Assembly (NCBI GenBank): GCA_964416765.1
Contig: CAYQEU010000001.1
Location: 549,357-613,356, forward strand
From: an uncultured Candidatus Saccharibacteria bacterium
Lineage (GTDB): Bacteria > Patescibacteriota > Doudnabacteria > UBA920
DNA: 64,000 nucleotides
Direction: 5' to 3'
Position 1 is the stretch's first letter, and every line of letters starts with the position of its first letter. The notes beneath the pieces are model-generated. The model worked only from the letters and a program-made list of their open reading frames with translations. It did not search any database and had not been told where the DNA came from. The position numbers and the translations under genes are program-made. Positions 9,741 to 18,101 of the stretch are shown here, piece by piece.

Positions 9741-9795
9741 GGCTTTCATTGCCAGGTCACGGGTGATATACTAACTATATAAGTAAAAATACATT

Positions 9796-10344
9796 ATGTT
9801 TCTAGCAATAATTATTGTAGTTGTTATTTTGGCCATTTTGGCCTTTCTGTACAATTCGCTGGTTTCGGCACGTAACCGCGTGGAAGAAGCCTGGAGCGAT
9901 ATTGAAGTGCAATTAAAGCGCCGGTATGATCTCATTCCAAATCTTGTTAATACGGTAAAGGGTTATGCAGCTCAGGAATCAGGAGTATTGGAAAAAGTTA
10001 CCGAAGCTCGCACTCGGGCTATGGGAGCGCAGACAGCTGAAGAAAAGTTGAAAGACGAAAATGAATTGTCCGGCACATTAAAAAGTTTGTTCGCCGTAGC
10101 CGAAAATTACCCGGACCTTAAGTCGAACCAGAACTTCATGCAGCTCCAGTCGGACTTAACTGACACTGAGGACAAAATTCAGGCCGCTCGCCGTTTTTAC
10201 AACGGCAATGTCCGGGATTACAATACCAAACTACAGATCTTCCCCACCAACATTTTCGCCCGCGTGTTCGGGTTTACCACCAAACAATTCTTCGACATCC
10301 CTGATGGCGGCAACGAAAGCCAGCCTGTCGAAGTTAAATTCTAA
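9796..10344 (+). CDS. lemA: LemA family membrane protein
   Basis: N-terminal TM followed by a LemA-type conserved block (RNRVEEAWSDIEVQLKRRYDLIPNLVNTVKGYA). Confidence 0.85.
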   Translation: MFLAIIIVVVILAILAFLYNSLVSARNRVEEAWSDIEVQLKRRYDLIPNLVNTVKGYAAQESGVLEKVTEARTRAMGAQTAEEKLKDENELSGTLKSLFAVAENYPDLKSNQNFMQLQSDLTDTEDKIQAARRFYNGNVRDYNTKLQIFPTNIFARVFGFTTKQFFDIPDGGNESQPVEVKF

Positions 10345-10346
10345 AA

Positions 10347-11246
10347 ATGCTCACTTACACTGAAATATCAAAAAACAAAAGCGAATCAGCGCTGCTGGTT
10401 TTTCTATTCCTCGTCTTTATCATCGGTTTAGGCTGGATATTTTCCCGCGCCTACAATTCCCCTGGTTTGCTTTTTGTCGCGGTAATTTTTAGCACGGTAT
10501 CGGCTCTTGTTTCCTATTACTTTTCTGATTCTATTACTTTGGCAATTTCGCAGGCTAAACCGGTCGATCAAAAAAGCAACCAGGAACTTTACCGGTTGGT
10601 GGAAAACCTCACTATTGCCGCCGGTCTCCCCATGCCAAAAATATACGTAATCGAGGACACCGCCATGAACGCCTTCGCTACAGGACGTGAGCCAAAACAC
10701 GCGGTTATCTGTTATACCAGCGGTATCTTGCAGAGACTGAATAAAGCCGAACTTGAAGGGGTTACCGCGCATGAACTATCGCATGTTGGAAATTACGATA
10801 TCCGTTTCATGACATTAGTCGTGGTTTTAGTGGGAATAGTGACTTTATTGGGCGATTGGTTTTTGCGGATCTCATTCTTTGGGGGACGACGTCGCAGCGA
10901 TAATAATGATGGCGGACAGATTTTCATGCTGATTGGCTTGGTTCTCGCTATCCTTTCACCTATAGTGGCTACTCTCATAAAATTGGCAGTTAGCCGCAAG
11001 CGTGAATTCCTGGCGGACGCTTCCGGCGCATTGCTGACCCGCTACCCTGAAGGGCTGGCTTCCGCTCTGCAAAAAATCAGCGCGGATACGGAACCTCTTG
11101 AAGCCGCCAATAAAGCGACGGCCCATCTATATATAGCAAACCCGCTAAAGGGAAATTCCGGGGGCGTATCGTGGTTCGCGAATTTGTTTAACACTCACCC
11201 TCCTATCGAAGAACGGATCAAACGGCTTCGCGAAATGGGAATGTAA
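10347..11246 (+). CDS. htpX: M48 family zinc metalloprotease HtpX-like
   Basis: HELSHVGNYD (HExxH) motif and multiple TM segments; conserved LemA-HtpX gene pair. Confidence 0.85.
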   Translation: MLTYTEISKNKSESALLVFLFLVFIIGLGWIFSRAYNSPGLLFVAVIFSTVSALVSYYFSDSITLAISQAKPVDQKSNQELYRLVENLTIAAGLPMPKIYVIEDTAMNAFATGREPKHAVICYTSGILQRLNKAELEGVTAHELSHVGNYDIRFMTLVVVLVGIVTLLGDWFLRISFFGGRRRSDNNDGGQIFMLIGLVLAILSPIVATLIKLAVSRKREFLADASGALLTRYPEGLASALQKISADTEPLEAANKATAHLYIANPLKGNSGGVSWFANLFNTHPPIEERIKRLREMGM

Positions 11247-11741
11247 CTATTTCGCCAGCTTCGTTACCACGCCAAAACGAAAACCTCGCGACAGCAAGCG
11301 TTGCATGAACTTTTGCTTCTCTTCATACGGCAGTGCCCGTAGCTCGGGGAGGCTAATCTTTTTTTCCGCGTAGCGCTTGGCAATTTTGTATTCGTCATCT
11401 TCACTAAGTTCATTTTCCAGGATCGTTTGGATCAGGCGGTCAGGCAACTTCTTTTCTTTCATCTTCTTCTTGATCATAAACAAACCGTAAGTCTGGTACT
11501 CTTTGAAGTTCCGAAGATAAACCTCGGCATATTCCTCGTCATTCAAGTATTTCTGCTCCAGCAATTTGCTTATAACTTCTTTGACAACTGTTTCGGTGTA
11601 GCCGCGTCTTTTCATCTTTTCTTCCACTTCTCCCACAGTCCGCATGCTGAGTCCTAACAAAAAGATGGCGTAGTTGTAACCATGTTCAACGCTTTCTGGC
11701 TCCTTCAGGGTTTTTTTAGGTCTTCTGGAACTTTTGATCAT
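11247..11741 (-). CDS. recX: Regulatory protein RecX
   Basis: 164-aa helical-repeat protein with a RecX-like pattern (YAIFLLGLSMRTVGEVEEKMKRRGY..., YLNDEEYAEVYLRN). Confidence 0.7.
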   Translation of the reverse strand: MIKSSRRPKKTLKEPESVEHGYNYAIFLLGLSMRTVGEVEEKMKRRGYTETVVKEVISKLLEQKYLNDEEYAEVYLRNFKEYQTYGLFMIKKKMKEKKLPDRLIQTILENELSEDDEYKIAKRYAEKKISLPELRALPYEEKQKFMQRLLSRGFRFGVVTKLAK

Positions 11742-11792
11742 AGCCGTTCGTTTATATTAGTAGAGGTAGTATATCAAACTCTAGCCCAAGGC

Positions 11793-11821
11793 TTGACAAA
11801 CATGCTACAATAAGGTATAAG
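11793..11821 (+). promoter_or_regulatory. Sigma-70 promoter TTGACA-N17-TATAAG upstream of clpC
   Basis: -35 TTGACA 11793..11798; 17-nt spacer; -10 TATAAG 11816..11821. Only 9 nt separate it from the ATG, so the leader is near-zero length. Confidence 0.5.
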
Positions 11822-11830
11822 AAACAAACG

Positions 11831-14383
11831 ATGAACAATTTTACATTTATTTTGGAGCGTTTATCCAGCAGGGCAAAAAACGCTCTTATCGCCGCCCAAT
11901 TAATATCCGAAGAGTTACAGCACGACCATATTGGTACGGAGCATCTTTTGTATGGAATAATCGCTGAAAAGAGCTCTTTTGCAGCTGAAATCTTGATTAA
12001 GGCAAAGGTTACTCCGGATATCGTAAAAACCGAACTAGAAAGCGTCAACAGCAACAACCATGCTGCCGTTTGGAAGCCTATTCTGTCCGAAAACCTTAAG
12101 TTAACTATTGAGAAATCGGCAATTGTGGCCAGCCAATACGGCTACCAATTTATCGGCACCGAGCACTTCCTGTACGGCCTCATTACCACTCCAACCAATA
12201 AAGGCAAAGTAATCTTGTCCCAATTAGGTATTGATATTGCCGAACTGGAACAAAACCTTATAGCGGTATTTGAAAACATTTCCAAATTCCCCGAAATTCC
12301 CAATGACCAGCACAGCCATGGTCCGCAAGGACAAGATCGTTTCGGTGCCGGCCCGCAAAATGTCGACATGAAGAAAGGCAATATGCTGGAATATTTCACC
12401 ACCGACCTAACCAAGAAAGCCGCCGAAGGAAAAGTTGATCCAGTAATCGGGCGCAAGAAGGAAATCGAACGGCTTATTAGCATTCTCGGCCGCCGCACCA
12501 AGAACAACCCAGTCCTCATAGGTGAAGCTGGCGTCGGTAAAACCGCCATTGTCGAAGGTCTGGCTTTAGCTATCGCCCGCCGCGAAGTGCCAGACACTCT
12601 CCTGGACAAGAAAATTTTAAGCTTGGACCTGGCACTTATTGTGGCTGGCTCCATGTTCCGTGGTGAATTCGAAAACCGCCTAAAGCAAATTATCGACGAG
12701 GTAAAAGCCAACCCCGACATTATTCTCTTCATTGATGAGCTCCATACCATGGTTGGCGCTGGAGCCACTACCGGGAGTTTGGATGCGGCCAATATTTTGA
12801 AGCCGGCTTTGGCTCGCGGGGAAATGCGCGCGATTGGCGCTACTACCTTGGCGGAGTACAAAAAGCACATAGAACATGACGCAGCCCTGGAACGTCGTTT
12901 CCAACCTATCCTTGTAGAAGAACCTTCCCAGGAAGAATCCATCGAGATTTTGAAAGGCTTGCGGCCTAATTACGAACGCCACCACAACATAGCCATTACG
13001 GACGAAGCCATAAAAGCAGCGGTGGAACTTTCCAGCCGCTACATCCAGGACCATTTCCTCCCTGACAAAGCCGTAGACCTGGTGGATGAAACTGCAGCCT
13101 TCCTTCGCAGCACTCAGGCCGGTTCCAAAGCACTCCGAGCCAAGAAGAAGATTGAACATGACCTACAAGCTTTGGAAGAAGAAAAAACTAAAGCAGTATT
13201 GGCCCAGGACTTCAACACCGCACTTCACCTTCGCTCCCAGGAAGAAAAGTTAATGAAGCAAAAGGAAGAACTCGAAAAGGGCGAGGAAGCCAAAGAATTT
13301 GCCCCTACCCAGTCGATCACTGCACAGGATATTGCCAACACAGTATCGTTAATGACCAAGATTCCCCTGCAGAAACTCTCGCATAATGAAGTCGGCAAAC
13401 TCGTAAATCTCGAAAAAATCCTGAAATCCCACGTAGTTGGGCAGGATGAAGCGATTACGGAAATAGCCAAAACAGTGCGCCGCAGCCGCGCTGGCATCAC
13501 CGACCCTAACCGTCCGATCGGTTCATTCATCTTCCTTGGTCCAACCGGGGTAGGAAAAACAGAAACTGCCAAGGTAATTGCTCGGGAGGTGTTTGGAGAT
13601 TCCGAAGCTCTTATCCGCGTGGATATGTCTGAATTTATGGAACGCCATAATGTTGCCCGCTTAATTGGTGCCCCTGCCGGTTATGTTGGCTACGAAGAAG
13701 GTGGCCGTCTGACCGAAGCAGTACGCCGCCGTCCTTACGCTGTTATACTGTTTGATGAAATTGAAAAAGCCCACCCTGATGTGTTCAACATCCTCCTCCA
13801 AATTCTGGAAGATGGCCACTTAACTGACGCTTCGGGAAAAAAGGTTAACTTTGCCAATACTGTAATTATCATGACTTCAAACATCGGCATGAGGGAACTC
13901 ACTGTCCAGGCCGCCAAAATCGGTTTCGCCGATAAAGAAGAAAAAGATGAAGAGAAGTTAAACCTGCAAAAGCAATACGAACAGATCAAAGAAAACGTAA
14001 CCGAAAGCCTCAAGCATGAACTCCGACCGGAGCTGCTGAACCGTATCGATAAAATCCTGGTGTTCCAGCCGCTTGGCTTTGACCAACTCAAAAAGATTTC
14101 TGCTATCCAAATTTCCGAGCTGGCTGCCCGCATGGCAAAGCAAAACATCGAACTCAAAGCCGGTCCGACAGTGGCGAAATTTATTGCCGAACGAAGCTTT
14201 GACAAAGCCCAGGGTGCGCGTTTCATCCGCAAGAACATCCAGGACCTAATCAGTGATCCTTTGGCGGAGATGGTTATCAGCCAAGACCTAAAGCAAGGCG
14301 CCACGGTAAAAGTTGAAGTAAGAAAAAACAACTTGCATCTGGACATTCAGTTGAAAAAGTCTAAGGTTGCGGTTCCTGCCTAA
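11831..14383 (+). CDS. clpC: ATP-dependent Clp protease ATP-binding subunit, ClpC/ClpB-type Hsp100
   Basis: Clp N-domain repeats, two AAA+ modules (GEAGVGKT and GPTGVGKTE Walker A motifs), short middle linker, 850 aa. Confidence 0.85.
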   Translation: MNNFTFILERLSSRAKNALIAAQLISEELQHDHIGTEHLLYGIIAEKSSFAAEILIKAKVTPDIVKTELESVNSNNHAAVWKPILSENLKLTIEKSAIVASQYGYQFIGTEHFLYGLITTPTNKGKVILSQLGIDIAELEQNLIAVFENISKFPEIPNDQHSHGPQGQDRFGAGPQNVDMKKGNMLEYFTTDLTKKAAEGKVDPVIGRKKEIERLISILGRRTKNNPVLIGEAGVGKTAIVEGLALAIARREVPDTLLDKKILSLDLALIVAGSMFRGEFENRLKQIIDEVKANPDIILFIDELHTMVGAGATTGSLDAANILKPALARGEMRAIGATTLAEYKKHIEHDAALERRFQPILVEEPSQEESIEILKGLRPNYERHHNIAITDEAIKAAVELSSRYIQDHFLPDKAVDLVDETAAFLRSTQAGSKALRAKKKIEHDLQALEEEKTKAVLAQDFNTALHLRSQEEKLMKQKEELEKGEEAKEFAPTQSITAQDIANTVSLMTKIPLQKLSHNEVGKLVNLEKILKSHVVGQDEAITEIAKTVRRSRAGITDPNRPIGSFIFLGPTGVGKTETAKVIAREVFGDSEALIRVDMSEFMERHNVARLIGAPAGYVGYEEGGRLTEAVRRRPYAVILFDEIEKAHPDVFNILLQILEDGHLTDASGKKVNFANTVIIMTSNIGMRELTVQAAKIGFADKEEKDEEKLNLQKQYEQIKENVTESLKHELRPELLNRIDKILVFQPLGFDQLKKISAIQISELAARMAKQNIELKAGPTVAKFIAERSFDKAQGARFIRKNIQDLISDPLAEMVISQDLKQGATVKVEVRKNNLHLDIQLKKSKVAVPA

Positions 14384-15042
14384 TGAAGTCGGCCACGTCG
14401 GCCCCTTACTCAATTCTAAACCTGGTTTACAAAACTCTCTTCCCTCTGAAATGCGCAAGCTGTAACAAGGAAGGGAGTTTTTTGTGTATCACCTGTGAAA
14501 ATCAACTTTCCTATTTGGTAGCAAGTCCAACCGTGATTCCCCCTCACATTGACCGAATAATTTCTTGTTTCCGTTATGAATTTCCTATCAGCCAAATGAT
14601 CATCATGGGCAAATACAATTTTATTCCGGGAATATTTGATTATCTTGGTCAGCTTGCCGCGGAATACCTCGAAAACACTGGGATTAACCTCGGGGACTCC
14701 GTATTTTGCCCTGTCCCCCTTTCCCCCCAACGACTGCGTTGGAGAGGATTTAACCAGAGCGGACGTTTATGCCACGCACTTTCCAAACATACCGGCATAC
14801 CAACCCACAACTTACTGAAACGTGTTAAAAACACCAAGACCCAGAAAAACCTTAACGCGGAGGCGCGGGAAAAGAACATGGCTGGGTCATTTGGGCTTAA
14901 TACACCTGCCAACACCCTTTCAGCTAAGATTATTCTGGTAGATGACGTGGTTACAACCGGCTCAACACTCCTGGCAGCCGCGGCCACCCTAAAAAGCGCT
15001 AATTACCGCCAAATCCAAGCCCTAACCATTGCCAAAGACTAG
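14383..15042 (+). CDS. comFC: ComF family protein (phosphoribosyltransferase-like competence protein ComFC)
   Basis: N-terminal CxxC...CxxC zinc ribbon (CASCNKEG...CITCEN) and C-terminal PRTase motif ILVDDVVTTGSTL. ATG overlaps the clpC stop (TAATG). Confidence 0.75.
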   Translation: MKSATSAPYSILNLVYKTLFPLKCASCNKEGSFLCITCENQLSYLVASPTVIPPHIDRIISCFRYEFPISQMIIMGKYNFIPGIFDYLGQLAAEYLENTGINLGDSVFCPVPLSPQRLRWRGFNQSGRLCHALSKHTGIPTHNLLKRVKNTKTQKNLNAEAREKNMAGSFGLNTPANTLSAKIILVDDVVTTGSTLLAAAATLKSANYRQIQALTIAKD

Positions 15043-15102
15043 GCTGAAACCCTGGAAATAATTGAGCATACATGCTAAAATACAGCAGTATTTATTATCA
15101 TT

Positions 15103-15196
<94 letters not shown>

Positions 15197-15361
15197 GAGA
15201 ATACGAAGTATTCTTGTCGTAGGAGATCCCTAACAAGGACGCAGTCGAAGCGACCAGGGGCCTCTCCGCCAGAAATTGCCCCACAAAATAGAACCGCAAT
15301 AATCAAGGTAATATGGTAGAATAAAGCCACCGAGAGGTGGTATTTTGTCGCCTTGTAACAT

Positions 15362-15970
15362 ATGGAAAACAATCTCGTCTATAGTGATAGCAGCCTAAAA
15401 TCAGCGTTTCAGCCAGCTTCAAACCGGCTTGAGTCGCTGCTTGAAGACGCCAAAAACGGCAGTGATGCCGCCTTTTCCAAATTGTACGACCTGTACTTCG
15501 ATAAGATTTTCCGGTTTGCGTTTTACCGCGTGAGCCACAAGGAAGTAGCCGAGGACATAACCGAAGAGGTTTTCATCCGCGCTTTCACTTCCCTGTCATC
15601 CCTGGGCAAAGCCTCTTCTTTTGAATCATGGCTTTACCAGATCGCCCGTAACCGCATTATCGACTATTACCGGGCTAAAAAATTGCTTTTGCCGATTGAC
15701 GACCTGGAGAATACCTTAGAATACGAAACCAATGTCATCGACAGCGTTAACCTGAAGTTCGATCAGAAAGTGTTCCTTAAGGTGCTGCGCGAACTGCCCA
15801 ATGACCAGCAAACCATTATCCGCCTGAAGTTCTATGAAGATCTTTCCAACTCTGAGATTGCCGACATTACTGGCAAAACCGAAGGGTCAATAAGAGTCAT
15901 TCAACACCGGGCCTTAGCTAAACTTAAAGAATTAATCGACGAATTTAAAAATTCGCAAGATGCACAATAA
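15362..15970 (+). CDS. ECF-family RNA polymerase sigma factor (sigma-70 regions 2 and 4)
   Basis: 202 aa with a region-2-like block (YDLYFDKIFRFAFYRVSHKEVAEDITEEVFIRAF) and a region-4 HTH (SNSEIADITGKTEGSIRVIQHRALAKLK). Confidence 0.85.
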   Translation: MENNLVYSDSSLKSAFQPASNRLESLLEDAKNGSDAAFSKLYDLYFDKIFRFAFYRVSHKEVAEDITEEVFIRAFTSLSSLGKASSFESWLYQIARNRIIDYYRAKKLLLPIDDLENTLEYETNVIDSVNLKFDQKVFLKVLRELPNDQQTIIRLKFYEDLSNSEIADITGKTEGSIRVIQHRALAKLKELIDEFKNSQDAQ

Positions 15971-17141
15971 TTTTGATGAAATTTTAGACCGTGCTGTAAC
16001 CGAGCTTGCCGAAGGGAAATCCCTGCAGGCGGTTTTGGCTAATTATCCCGAACATGCCAAAGAGCTTTCAGAGATTTTGCCTATGGTGGCCCCAGCAATG
16101 TCTTTGCCAAAAAATGAAGTTCCCCGCCCGAACCGCCGCCGCCGTTATGTTGCCGCTTTGCACGTTCCTCTGCAGGTTCGATTACAAAGAATTATTCGTA
16201 TTGCTCTAATTCCCGCAACCGCTATTTTTCTCCTTGTAGGCTTGGGTCATTTCGCGCAAGCTGCCCAGCAGGCCTTGCCTGGTTCCCCCTTATTCGGAAT
16301 TAAACTACTGGCGGAACGAACTCGTGTTGCGGTAACTCTCGACCAAACCCAAAAAGCCAAATTGGAACTCGGTTATTCCCAAAAACGACTTTCAGAGGCG
16401 CAGACCGTATTGCAACAGGTAAACAGTTCCTCAGACCAAAAGCTTGCCGCTTTAAATGAGCTGAAAGACCAAACCCAGAAAACCCTTTCAGTAGTGCCCC
16501 AAATAGCGACCAGCAACGCCATCAACAATAAGGATGATTCCTTGTTAAAAAACCTGATTGCAGTAAACAACCAGCAAAAAAACTTGTTACAGAATATTTC
16601 CGGCAAGGATGAAGCTAAGGCTATTGCCACCACTACTCTTCAAGTAACAGAAGACAGCCAAAAAGCGATAGCTACATTACTGGCCGCCGTAAATGACCAA
16701 ACCCTGGTTGATTTGCTGGATCGCCAAATTTCAATAACCGGTACTGTTTCCGCCGTAGACTATAAGAACCAAAAAATTACGGTTGAAAACAACTCTTTTT
16801 CCATCAACTCTTCCACGGACATTAAATCCGGTGACGCTACTTTAAAGTTGGCTGATATCCCGGCTAAAACTCAGGTTACGATTGTGGGCAATAAGACCAA
16901 AGATGGGATTGTCGCCAACAGCATCAATGTTATTGTTTTGGCTGCCGCGCCGGCTAAGGGTGAAGTTAAGGGAGTTTCGACAGCCGCGAAAAACACGGAA
17001 AAAACCGAATCGACCAAGCCCCCCGCCCCAAAAAACGACAATACCGACTCGAACCAGGTTCCCAGCAATACTAACGCTACACAGCCTGACCCAAACAAAG
17101 TAACGGGCGGTTTCATTATCGAGCAGCCTGACCAACCATAA
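15960..17141 (+). CDS. Putative anti-sigma factor (single-pass membrane protein, DUF5667-like ectodomain)
   Basis: Overlaps the sigma gene stop. N-terminal cytoplasmic helix region, one TM (IALIPATAIFLLVGLGHF), and an extracytoplasmic Q/N/T-rich domain. The call rests on gene context. Confidence 0.45.
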   Translation: MHNNFDEILDRAVTELAEGKSLQAVLANYPEHAKELSEILPMVAPAMSLPKNEVPRPNRRRRYVAALHVPLQVRLQRIIRIALIPATAIFLLVGLGHFAQAAQQALPGSPLFGIKLLAERTRVAVTLDQTQKAKLELGYSQKRLSEAQTVLQQVNSSSDQKLAALNELKDQTQKTLSVVPQIATSNAINNKDDSLLKNLIAVNNQQKNLLQNISGKDEAKAIATTTLQVTEDSQKAIATLLAAVNDQTLVDLLDRQISITGTVSAVDYKNQKITVENNSFSINSSTDIKSGDATLKLADIPAKTQVTIVGNKTKDGIVANSINVIVLAAAPAKGEVKGVSTAAKNTEKTESTKPPAPKNDNTDSNQVPSNTNATQPDPNKVTGGFIIEQPDQP

Positions 17142-17232
17142 TTCCACCGCCCATCATTCCGGGCTGGCTGCCCAAACCATTGGTTAGCCACTCCGGAGCG
17201 ATAGTAATACGGAAAGAAAAAGAAAAACAACA

Positions 17233-17266
17233 ACGGCCGAATTCTAGAGATAAGGCCGTTTTTGTA
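17233..17266 (+). terminator. Intrinsic terminator after the anti-sigma gene
   Basis: 7-bp stem AACGGCC/GGCCGTT with 14-nt loop, followed by TTTTTGTAT. Confidence 0.5.
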
Positions 17267-17279
17267 TACCCGGGAATAT

Positions 17280-17288
17280 TGGTATAAT
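17280..17288 (+). promoter_or_regulatory. Extended -10 promoter TGGTATAAT for tRNA-Ser(TGA)
   Basis: TGGTATAAT lies 15 nt upstream of the tRNA 5' end. Confidence 0.5.
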
Positions 17289-17303
17289 TAGCATACCCGA
17301 CCT

Positions 17304-17391
<88 letters not shown>

Positions 17392-17522
17392 GAGAATACA
17401 AGCGCAAAGCGCTCAAAAATGCTATAATATATACAAATACAAACTATCATTCTAACTATGGCCAAAGGCAATAACTCCCAGAAAAAAGAAAAGAAGAAAC
17501 CAAAAAAAGCCAAAAAATAGAC

Positions 17523-17990
17523 ATGGCGGAACGAACCTACTTATCGTGGGAAGCGCCGGAATTCCAGCACTACCCCAAAAACTTTACGTGGTACATCACT
17601 TTAGGGATAATTGTCCTTTTAGTTTTAACTTTTGAGCTACTCCAAAAAGATTTCTTTGGAGCCATCAGCCTGGCGGTCATTGCCGTCTTCATTGTTATCT
17701 TCGCCATGCACCAGCCGAAACGGATCAATATTGATTTGACTAGTGACGGCATCCATATCGAAAATAGTTTTATCCCCTACGAACAGATGAAATATTTCTG
17801 GATCGTGGACAATGATAACCACCGGACCCTTAACCTTGAGACCACCGCGTATATCAACCGGACCATCTTAATAGAATTAGACAGTCAGGATCCCGACGAA
17901 GTACGGGATATCATGGTCCAACAGGTACCCGAACACTCCAGCACCGAAGAAACTTTTATCCAACGGCTGATCCACCGCCTCAAGTTTTAA
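17523..17990 (+). CDS. Hypothetical two-TM membrane protein
   Basis: Two hydrophobic helices (ITLGIIVLLVLTF, AISLAVIAVFIVIFAM); no recognisable domain. Confidence 0.45.
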   Translation: MAERTYLSWEAPEFQHYPKNFTWYITLGIIVLLVLTFELLQKDFFGAISLAVIAVFIVIFAMHQPKRINIDLTSDGIHIENSFIPYEQMKYFWIVDNDNHRTLNLETTAYINRTILIELDSQDPDEVRDIMVQQVPEHSSTEETFIQRLIHRLKF

Positions 17991-17994
17991 TTTA

Positions 17995-18070
17995 GCTTCC
18001 GTAGCTCAGTGGATAGAGCGTCTCCCTCCGGAGGAGAAGGCCGCAGGTTCAATCCCTGCCGGGAGCACCA
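17995..18070 (+). tRNA. tRNA-Arg (anticodon CCG), CCA encoded
   Basis: Acceptor GCTTCCG/CGGGAGC, D-arm GCTCAGTGGATAGAGC, anticodon stem TCTCC/GGAGA with loop CTCCGGA, T-arm GCAGGTTCAATCCCTGC, discriminator A, CCA. Confidence 0.9.
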
Positions 18071-18101
18071 TCGAATTTCCGGAAACGGATTTTTTTTATT
18101 T

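Noticed and set aside
9374-9749. Two overlapping minus-strand ORFs (119 and 98 aa) and a 73-aa plus-strand ORF in the gatC upstream region
   Set aside because: Their starts lie upstream of, or across, the mapped -35/-10 boxes. Composition looks random; they are better explained as a non-coding leader or sRNA with an optional 53-aa ORF.
12142-14346. Long minus-strand ORFs (266, 159, 115, 203 aa) inside clpC
   Set aside because: Antisense to a confidently identified AAA+ gene, with low-complexity S/R-rich translations; they are shadow ORFs.
15324-15361. Attenuator in the ECF sigma leader (CCACC-GAGA-GGTGG followed by TATTTTGTCG)
   Set aside because: Only a 5-bp stem with a weak T-tract. It could equally be the terminator of the tRNA-Ser transcript or a plain 5' stem-loop; not enough evidence to call regulation.
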